Source: an uncultured bacterium (GTDB lineage Bacteria > Chloroflexota > Limnocylindria > Limnocylindrales > Limnocylindraceae). From it: DNA of 36,814 bases. Shown here piece by piece: positions 9,303-15,975 of this stretch. The stretch's first letter is position 1. Each line of letters begins with the position of its first letter. The stretch covers positions 1 to 36,814 of the forward strand of contig CAWULR010000002.1 in NCBI GenBank assembly GCA_963923845.1. Reading direction: 5' to 3'. The notes below the pieces were generated by a model. It saw only the letters and a list, made by a program, of their open reading frames with translations, was not told the DNA's origin and made no database searches. The position numbers and the translations under genes were made by a program.

Positions 9303-9308
9303 ATTATA
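9303..9308 (-). promoter_or_regulatory. consensus -10 box TATAAT, 9 nt upstream of the ATG at 9293 (near-leaderless)
   Basis: The minus strand reads gcacTATAATcgcacatagATG. No good -35 element was seen. Confidence 0.4.
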
Positions 9309-9366
9309 GTGCTCTTATCGCTCAGAGGGTTTGGGCTCGCAGGCAAAGCGCGCACACTTGACGCTC

Positions 9367-9426
9367 CGCTACAATCCCCCTCCGGCGCCGATGTAGCTCA
9401 GTGGTAGAGCAGCTGTTTCGTAAACA
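9367..9426 (+). repeat. right copy of the 60-bp perfect direct repeat
   Basis: Identical to 6232..6291. It overlaps the 5' 40 nt of the intact tRNA-Thr. Confidence 0.95.
9370..9375 (+). promoter_or_regulatory. -10-like TACAAT, 11 nt upstream of the tRNA-Thr 5' end (duplicated at 6235..6240)
   Basis: gcTACAATccccctccggc followed by the tRNA. The tRNA-Glu at 29129 has gcTACCCT at the same 11-nt spacing. Confidence 0.35.
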
Positions 9427-9461
9427 GCAGGCCGTGAGTTCAATCCTCACCATCGGCTCCA
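9387..9461 (+). tRNA. tRNA-Thr (anticodon CGT), CCA encoded
   Basis: Hand-folded cloverleaf. Acceptor GCCGATG/CATCGGC, D-stem GCTC/GAGC, anticodon stem GCTGT/ACAGC with loop TTCGTAA, T-stem GTGAG/CTCAC with loop TTCAATC, discriminator T, then CCA. Confidence 0.9.
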
Positions 9462-9540
9462 CCTCCCGTCGGCCTGGGTACGCACCCTCCGCTACCATCT
9501 GAGCACGGCACCTTCGTTGCCGAGAGCCTGAGGAGGAACG

Positions 9541-10488
9541 GTGGGCGAGAACGAGCTCTTCACGCCGCTCGGCCTCGGGTTCGGGATCTTCCTCATCGGC
9601 GCCCTGGCGATCGACTTCGGCATCCTCAGGCGGAAGGGGACCCACATCGTCCCCGTGAAGGAGGCGGCGGCCTGGACCCTGGTCTGGATCGTGCTCGCCA
9701 TCCTGTTCGGCATCGGCATGCAGATCTACTGGCAGGACGGCACGAAGACCACCGAGTACTTCGTCGGCTACCTGGTGGAGAAGTCGCTCTCGGTGGACAA
9801 TATCTTCGTCTTCACGATCATCTTCGCTTCGCTGAAGACTCCGAAGAAGCTTCAGCAGCTGGCGCTGATGTGGGGCATCATGATCGCGCTGATCCTGCGC
9901 GGCATCATGATCTTGATCGGCGCGGCGCTCATCGAACAGTTCGAGTGGATCATCTGGGTGTTCGGCGCCTTCCTCCTCTGGACCGGCGTCGCGATGTTGC
10001 GCTCGGGCGGGCACGCAGGCGAGGGTGAGCCGTCGGCGATCCGATTCGCAAAGCGCTTCATCCGCGTCACCGATGACTACGACGAGGAGCGCTTCCGCGT
10101 GTCGGTGGGCGGCGTGAAGAAGTTCACGCCGATCTTCCTCACGATCGTGGTGATCGGCATCATCGACCTGATCTTCGCCGTGGACAGCATCCCTGCCATC
10201 TTCGGCATCACGCTCGACCCGTTCATCGTCTTCACATCCAACGCCTTCGCGATCCTCGGCCTCAGGAACATGTACTTCCTGCTTGCGAACGCGCGAGACC
10301 AGTTCCACTACCTCGGCACCGGACTCGCCTTCGTGCTGATGTGGATCGGCATCAAGATGATCCTGCCCGCGATCAACCACGACTGGAAGATTCCGCCGCT
10401 GATCAGCCTCGTTGTCGTGATCGGCATCCTCACCGTGTCGATCGTCGCCTCCGTCGTGCACTCACGACGACACGCGAACCGATCGTAG
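9541..10488 (+). CDS. terC: TerC-family integral membrane protein (Alx/YkoY-like, putative Mn2+ efflux)
   Basis: 315 aa. EKSLSVDNIFVF and AVDSIPAIFGIT are the twin TerC signature segments. GTG start follows GAGGAGGA. Confidence 0.9.
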   Translation: MGENELFTPLGLGFGIFLIGALAIDFGILRRKGTHIVPVKEAAAWTLVWIVLAILFGIGMQIYWQDGTKTTEYFVGYLVEKSLSVDNIFVFTIIFASLKTPKKLQQLALMWGIMIALILRGIMILIGAALIEQFEWIIWVFGAFLLWTGVAMLRSGGHAGEGEPSAIRFAKRFIRVTDDYDEERFRVSVGGVKKFTPIFLTIVVIGIIDLIFAVDSIPAIFGITLDPFIVFTSNAFAILGLRNMYFLLANARDQFHYLGTGLAFVLMWIGIKMILPAINHDWKIPPLISLVVVIGILTVSIVASVVHSRRHANRS

Positions 10489-10526
10489 GGTTCCGCCACG
10501 CCGCTTCGGCTGACGGACGGCGGACG

Positions 10527-11504
10527 ATGATTCGGATGCGCACGACGCTACTGGCACTCACCGTTGCGGCCACGATGGTCGGCACAACCTGGGCTTCGCC
10601 ACGGGCGGTCAGCGCGGCTGATGAGGCGATCCCCGAACCTCCGAGCTGCGCGTCGCTCTTGGCGCGCAAGGTGATCCTCACTCCGACCGGAGCCTCGATC
10701 GAGGGCGAGGAGATCACCAAGGAGCACCGCCGCAAACAGTGGGCGACCTCGGTCCTCGATCCGATGTATCGGCTGCCGGCCAGCTACGTACCGACGACGC
10801 TCACCTGGATCACGGACCAGGCGGTCGCCTCGCCGACCACGGGCGTCTTCCTGCTTCGCCGAGAGGCGGCGACCGCGCTGCGCAGCATGTTCGTCGCCGC
10901 GCGCGAAGCTGATGTTCGACTGCGCATCATCTCCGCGTATCGCTCGTACAAGACCCAGATCACGACGTTCTCCTACTGGGTGGAGCAGTCGGGCCTGCAG
11001 CTCGCGCGAAGGTTCAGCGCGGTCCCCGGTCACTCCGAACATCAGCTCGGGACGGCGGTGGACCTTGGGACCGTGGGCGCCGGCGCGCCATGGGGGAGCG
11101 CCCGATTCGCCACCTCGCCGACGGCGGTGTGGCTTGGAGAGAACGCCTACCGATTCGGATTCATCCGTTCGTATCCGTCTGGCGCAAAGCGCGTCGCGCT
11201 GAGCTGCTACGGAAGCGAACCGTGGCACTGGCGCTACGTGGGACTCGACCTCGCCTATGAGATCGCCTGCAGCGAGCAGGTGCCGCGCATCTTCCTCTGG
11301 AACCGGCAGTGGGGCGGTGAGCGCGCGATCGGCGAGAACTGCGGCGAGCTCCAGCCGCCGCTCGGCTACGCGGTGGAGGGCGACGCGGACGGCGACCGCG
11401 TGGCAGACGAGGTCGACAACTGTCCAGACCTGCTCAACCCCGACCAGCTCGACAGCGATGCGAACGGAGTCGGCGACGCCTGCGAGCCGACGCCCGCGCC
11501 GTAG
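10527..11504 (+). CDS. secreted M15B (VanY-type) D-alanyl-D-alanine carboxypeptidase with a C-terminal thrombospondin type-3 (Ca-binding) repeat
   Basis: Signal peptide MIRMRTTLLALTVAATMVG. SAYRSYKTQ, GHSEHQLGTAVD and EPWHWRY are the VanY metal/catalytic motifs. The C-terminus DADGDRVADEVDNCPDLLNPDQLDSDANGVGDAC matches the TSP3 consensus. Confidence 0.8.
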   Translation: MIRMRTTLLALTVAATMVGTTWASPRAVSAADEAIPEPPSCASLLARKVILTPTGASIEGEEITKEHRRKQWATSVLDPMYRLPASYVPTTLTWITDQAVASPTTGVFLLRREAATALRSMFVAAREADVRLRIISAYRSYKTQITTFSYWVEQSGLQLARRFSAVPGHSEHQLGTAVDLGTVGAGAPWGSARFATSPTAVWLGENAYRFGFIRSYPSGAKRVALSCYGSEPWHWRYVGLDLAYEIACSEQVPRIFLWNRQWGGERAIGENCGELQPPLGYAVEGDADGDRVADEVDNCPDLLNPDQLDSDANGVGDACEPTPAP

Positions 11505-11513
11505 GAGTCCGAC

Positions 11514-12302
11514 TCAGCGACGGGTGCGGCGGTAGTACGCAACCGCGCCGATCGTCACGGCGCCAAAGAGCAGCTCCGCGCCGACGATCCCGAGCGCTGG
11601 GAGGAAGAGCACGGCGCTGAGATTCGCCACGGTGTGCAGCGCGATCGGCAGGACCAGTCGAGCGGCAAGGTCCCCGCGACCGCCGGCGCCCTGCACCGCG
11701 CGGAGGACCATCAGCGTCAAGACGATGTGCAGCACGGTGGCGAAGAGGCGCTCCACCACGGCGAGGGCGGCAACGGCGAAGCTCTGTCCCGAAAGGAAGG
11801 CGACGGCGGTGTCGAGCGACTCCCTCGAGCCGGGCGGCAGGTTGGAGTAGATGCTCCCGTCGGCGGCACCGCCGAGCAGGGCGATCGCCGCAAGCGACGG
11901 AAGGAGCGTGAAGATGAGCGCTTCGATCCCGGCGTGTCCGAACCCGAAGGCGATCCCCTCCGATTCGTTGCGCAGCCTCCGTGCCGCGGTGGAGAGGATC
12001 AGCGCCCGACTCGCCTCTTCGAAGAGGCCCGCCGTGAACGAGGCGACGACGACCGAGAGGGTCCACGATGCGCTCCCGACCTCCGGTGCGGCGCTGCCGA
12101 TCAACAGTGCGCTCACCAGCGTCAGCACCGGGAGTCGCGCCGCTTGGCTCAAGACGAAGGCAACGCCGCCCCACGCCCACGGCGCGAAGCTGCCGCTGAG
12201 CCTGCGCGCCACCACGACGCCGCCGACGAGGAGCGTGATGAGCGCGCCTGCGATGAAGGTGTACGCGCCCTGGGCGGCGGCGAGTTCCGCCGCGTCGATC
12301 AC
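11514..12302 (-). CDS. YhfC-family / CPBP-like intramembrane metalloprotease
   Basis: 262 aa, polytopic. FEEASR, FGHAGIE and ALHTVAN are arranged as in Glu/His intramembrane proteases. GTG start overlaps the upstream stop (GTGA). Confidence 0.55.
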   Translation of the reverse strand: MIDAAELAAAQGAYTFIAGALITLLVGGVVVARRLSGSFAPWAWGGVAFVLSQAARLPVLTLVSALLIGSAAPEVGSASWTLSVVVASFTAGLFEEASRALILSTAARRLRNESEGIAFGFGHAGIEALIFTLLPSLAAIALLGGAADGSIYSNLPPGSRESLDTAVAFLSGQSFAVAALAVVERLFATVLHIVLTLMVLRAVQGAGGRGDLAARLVLPIALHTVANLSAVLFLPALGIVGAELLFGAVTIGAVAYYRRTRR

Positions 12303-13012
12303 CTCGACCGCCGAGGTCGCGTCGATCGAGAACGCGGCCGGCGACTCGATCGTCGTCGCTCGGCGCTGAAGGTGGTGTAGGCGACGTAGGTCGTGGAGAC
12401 GAGCGAGGCGGCCAGACCGACGAAGAAGACGACGAGCGGCGCAGCGCCGAGGTCGACGAGGTCATCGGGGATGGCGCCGAGCAGCAGGGTCACCGCGCCC
12501 GTCAGGATCCACGCGCGTCCAATCGTGGCGTGTGCCGCATCCCACGCCGCGACGCTCTCCAGCGTCCACGGGAGGCGCACGCCGACGGTGTAGTTCTGCC
12601 TGATCTGGGGGGCGGCGTATCCGAGCAGGACGAAGAGGGCACCGACGACGATCGGCACTGCGTGATCGAGTCGCGCCGCCTCGCCGTATCCGGAGTTGAT
12701 GATCGCCGACTGCGTCACGGCGAAGAGCAGCACGAGCCCCATGCCGACATAGCCGAGCGACTCGGCGCTGCGGACGATGTTCGCGCGCTTCGGATCGAAT
12801 CGGATGGCGAGCGCGATGAGGAGGGCCGAGGCGGCGAAGATCGCCGGCAACAGGAGCAGCGCCTCGCGTCCGGCGAAGCCGTCCGCACGGCCCTCTACGT
12901 TCCAGTGGACTGCGAGCTGTGCATCGGCGGGGAGCGTTTGAAACGCGTAGATGGTGAAGAAGCCGGTGGCGGCGAGCGCAACCGTCGAGACGACGCGCGC
13001 GACCGGATTCAC
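12299..13012 (-). CDS. SdpI/DUF1648-family membrane protein
   Basis: 237 aa. Has the DUF1648-like N-terminus (LPADAQLAVHWNVEGRADGF) followed by SdpI-like TM helices. GTG start directly abuts the pntB stop (TAGGTG). Confidence 0.55.
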   Translation of the reverse strand: MNPVARVVSTVALAATGFFTIYAFQTLPADAQLAVHWNVEGRADGFAGREALLLLPAIFAASALLIALAIRFDPKRANIVRSAESLGYVGMGLVLLFAVTQSAIINSGYGEAARLDHAVPIVVGALFVLLGYAAPQIRQNYTVGVRLPWTLESVAAWDAAHATIGRAWILTGAVTLLLGAIPDDLVDLGAAPLVVFFVGLAASLVSTTYVAYTTFSAERRRSSRRPRSRSTRPRRSR

Positions 13013-14440
13013 CTAGAGCCCCTTGATCTCGGAGACCACCTGGGAGAGGACGCTCTTCGCATCGCCGAAGAGCATCGAAGTCTTGTCGAGATAGAAGAGC
13101 TCGTTTTCGATGCCGGCGAAGCCGGTGGCCATGCCGCGCTTCACCACGATGACCTGCTCCGCATCCTGCACGTTCAGGATCGGCATGCCGTAGATCGGGG
13201 AGGCAGGATCGTTCTTCGCCGCCGGGTTCGTGACGTCGTTCGCGCCGATGACGAGGGCGACGTCGCAGGCGCCGAACTCCTCGTTGATCTCGTCGAGGTC
13301 GAAGAGGTGATCGTATGGGACGTTCGCCTCGGCCAAGAGCACGTTCATGTGTCCCGGCATGCGGCCGGCCACGGGATGGATCGCGAAGCGCACGCGTCCG
13401 CCTCGCTTCTCGATCAGCTCGGCGAGTTCGCGCACGGCGTGCTGCGCCTGCGCCACCGCCATGCCGTACCCCGGAACGACGATGACGTTGCGCGCGTAGC
13501 CGATGCGCATCGCGGCATCTTCCGCCGAGAGGCTCCGCGTCGTGAGGCCCTCGGCGCTCTTCGTGGATGCGGCCGCCTTCTCGCCGCCGAAGGCGCCGAA
13601 GAGCACGTTGCCGAAGCTGCGGTTCATCGCCTTCGACATGAGGATCGAGAGGATGAAGCCGCTCGCGCCGTCGAGCGCGCCGGCGACGATGAGGATGTTG
13701 TTTCCGATCGCGAACCCGGTGGCGCTGGCGGCGAGTCCCGCATACGAGTTGAGGAGCGAGACGACGACCGGCATGTCGGCGCCGCCGATCGGGAGCACGA
13801 GTGTCACGCCGATCACGAGGGCGAGGAGCGTCATGACTCCGAAGAGGAGCACGCCCGCATCGCCGCCTGCGGCAGGACCACCGGACTGCGTCGCCACCAG
13901 GAAGATCCAGAGTCCGATCGCGCCGGCGAAGATCGCCGCGTTGATGACCTTCTGACCCGGGAAGGTGATCGGACGTCCGGAGATGAAGCCCTGCAGCTTG
14001 CCGAAGGCCATGAAGGAGCCGGTGATCGTGAGGGCGCCGAAGATCGTCTCGAATCCGAGCGCAACCATCTTGATCGCACCGGGGCCGCCCGGGACCTCGC
14101 GATAGTGCAGGAACTCGGCGGCTCCGACCAGGGTGACAGCGAGGGCGCCGAACATGTGGCTCACGGCGATGCGCTGCGGCATGGCGGTCATCGGGACGAG
14201 GAGCCCCATCGGGAGGCCGAGCGCGGTACCGACGACGAGTCCGATGATGATCAGCTCGTAGCTGATGATCTGATGATTGAGCAGCGTGCCGACGATGGCG
14301 AGGAGCATGCCCGCGGCGGCGAGCTGCATGCCGCGCCGCGCGGTGTCCGGCTTGGTGAGTCCGCGAAGGCCCAGGATGAACGCCGCCGAGGCGGCGATAT
14401 AGGCGACCTGGACGAAGAGCGCGCCGATCTCCGGGTTCAC
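13013..14440 (-). CDS. pntB: NAD(P) transhydrogenase subunit beta
   Basis: 475 aa with an N-terminal polytopic domain and a C-terminal dIII domain (GYGMAVAQAQH, HPVAGRMPGHMNVLLAEA, VIGANDVTNPAA). Confidence 0.92.
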   Translation of the reverse strand: MNPEIGALFVQVAYIAASAAFILGLRGLTKPDTARRGMQLAAAGMLLAIVGTLLNHQIISYELIIIGLVVGTALGLPMGLLVPMTAMPQRIAVSHMFGALAVTLVGAAEFLHYREVPGGPGAIKMVALGFETIFGALTITGSFMAFGKLQGFISGRPITFPGQKVINAAIFAGAIGLWIFLVATQSGGPAAGGDAGVLLFGVMTLLALVIGVTLVLPIGGADMPVVVSLLNSYAGLAASATGFAIGNNILIVAGALDGASGFILSILMSKAMNRSFGNVLFGAFGGEKAAASTKSAEGLTTRSLSAEDAAMRIGYARNVIVVPGYGMAVAQAQHAVRELAELIEKRGGRVRFAIHPVAGRMPGHMNVLLAEANVPYDHLFDLDEINEEFGACDVALVIGANDVTNPAAKNDPASPIYGMPILNVQDAEQVIVVKRGMATGFAGIENELFYLDKTSMLFGDAKSVLSQVVSEIKGL

Positions 14441-14832
14441 TTCGGCGCCTCGGTCTTCTTGAACATCTTCAGCATGCGGTCCGTGATCACGAATCCGCCG
14501 ACCACGTTGATGGTGGCCGCCGCAACGGCAACCGCGCCGAGGATGTTGATGTAGAGCGGCCGCTCGGCGCCTGCGATGACGAGGCTCGCCACGAGGCTGA
14601 TCGCGGAGATCGCGTTGGTGGCCGCCATCAGCGGCGTGTGCAGGAGCGGCGGAACCTTGGTGATGATCTGGTAGCCGGTGAACGCGGCGAGGAGGAAGAC
14701 GTAGACCTCCACGATCTGGGCGTCGATCAGCGTCCCGCCCACGGCCGAAGTCTCCGACGTCGGAGCAGAGCCGGCGAGCAGCGTGATCGCCACCGTGGCG
14801 ACTCCGAGTGCCGTTGCGACTGCGCTGATCAT
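14437..14832 (-). CDS. pntAB: NAD(P) transhydrogenase alpha subunit part 2 (membrane part)
   Basis: 131 aa. LHTPLMAATNAISAISLV and VVGGFVITDRMLKMFK are characteristic. GAGGAG lies upstream. The stop overlaps the pntB GTG (GTGA). Confidence 0.85.
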   Translation of the reverse strand: MISAVATALGVATVAITLLAGSAPTSETSAVGGTLIDAQIVEVYVFLLAAFTGYQIITKVPPLLHTPLMAATNAISAISLVASLVIAGAERPLYINILGAVAVAAATINVVGGFVITDRMLKMFKKTEAPK

Positions 14833-14842
14833 CTCCTCACTC

Positions 14843-15949
14843 CTATCGCTTCACCGGTTCGCCGGCGCTGGTGATCATCATCGGCCCCGCGATCTCGTCG
14901 GTTGCGTCGATCCGAAGGCTCTTGTCGTCCGCGGTGAGGTGCGCGATCAGCGTCCGCACGTTCGTGGCGAACATCTGCGACGCATGCAGCGGGACGCTCG
15001 CCGGCAGGTTCGCCGCACCGATCAGTTGCACGCCGTGTCGGACGACCGTCTCGCCGGCCACGACGCCCTCGACGTTGCCGCCCGATTCGGCGGCGATGTC
15101 GACGACGACCGAGCCCGGCCGCATCGTCGCAAGCATCGCGTCGGTCACGAGGATCGGGGCCTTGCGACCGGGGATGAGCGCGGTGGTGATCACGAGATCC
15201 TGGCTGCCGATGTGCGCGGCGATGATCTTCGCGTTCTGCGCCGTCTCGTCGTCGGTCTGCGCCCGCGCGTAGCCGCCGGTCCCCTCGGCCTTCGCCGCCG
15301 GCTCCACGAATTGGGCACCGAGCGAGCGCACCTGCTCGCCCGCCGCTCCGCGCACGTCGAACGCCGAGACGACTGCGCCGAGCCGGCGCGCCGTGGCGAT
15401 CGCCTGAAGTCCGGCGACGCCGGCGCCCAAGACGAAGGTCTTCGCCGGCGCGATGGATCCGGCGGCGGTCGTGAGCATCGGGAGGAACTTGTCGAGCGCA
15501 GCGGCGCCGATGAGCGCCGCCTTGTATCCGGCCACGCCGCTCTGCGACGAGAGGACGTCCATCGACTGCGCACGAGTGATGCGCGGGACGAGCTCCAACG
15601 CGAGCGCGGTGATCTTGGCGCTCTTCAGTGCCGGAAGAATCTCGTCGTTGGCCCCCGGGGTGAGGAGTGCGATGAGTGCGCACCCGGCGGGAAGTGCGGC
15701 GACCTCCTCGGCGCTCGGCTTGCGCACCTTCACGACGAGCTGCGGCGCGGCGGCGCTCAACGCGGCAACATCGGCGACGATCGTGGCGCCGGCCTTCTCG
15801 TAGGCGCTGTCCGGATGGCCGGCTGCGGCACCGGCGCCGCGCTCGACGAAGAGCTGATGGCCCGCGCCGATCAGCTTGGCGACGGCGTCGGGCACGAGCG
15901 CAACACGGCGCTCGCCCGAGACCCGTTCGCGTACGACGCCGATCTTCAT
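14843..15949 (-). CDS. pntAA: NAD(P) transhydrogenase alpha subunit part 1 (dI, alanine-dehydrogenase-like)
   Basis: 368 aa. MKIGVVRERVSGERRVALVPD and the Rossmann segment VLGAGVAGLQAI. Confidence 0.92.
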   Translation of the reverse strand: MKIGVVRERVSGERRVALVPDAVAKLIGAGHQLFVERGAGAAAGHPDSAYEKAGATIVADVAALSAAAPQLVVKVRKPSAEEVAALPAGCALIALLTPGANDEILPALKSAKITALALELVPRITRAQSMDVLSSQSGVAGYKAALIGAAALDKFLPMLTTAAGSIAPAKTFVLGAGVAGLQAIATARRLGAVVSAFDVRGAAGEQVRSLGAQFVEPAAKAEGTGGYARAQTDDETAQNAKIIAAHIGSQDLVITTALIPGRKAPILVTDAMLATMRPGSVVVDIAAESGGNVEGVVAGETVVRHGVQLIGAANLPASVPLHASQMFATNVRTLIAHLTADDKSLRIDATDEIAGPMMITSAGEPVKR

Positions 15950-15975
15950 CTCGTCATCCTATCGTGCGCCCACGC

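Noticed and set aside
8681-9355. 224-aa minus-strand ORF overlapping the 190-aa membrane-protein ORF
   Set aside because: The translation is Ser/Arg/Cys-rich with no hydrophobic periodicity. The alternative frame gives a coherent 4-TM protein and is preceded by a TATAAT.
9358-9375. TTGACG ... TACAAT as a complete sigma-70-type promoter for tRNA-Thr
   Set aside because: Only 6 nt separate the two hexamers, against about 17 expected. I keep the TACAAT as a -10 candidate but reject the TTGACG as its -35.
9462-9540. Possible yybP-ykoY (Mn2+) riboswitch in the terC leader
   Set aside because: The leader is only 79 nt and lacks the conserved riboswitch core segments. It has just a small 5-bp hairpin (cggca/tgccg). 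An RF00080 scan is needed to be certain.
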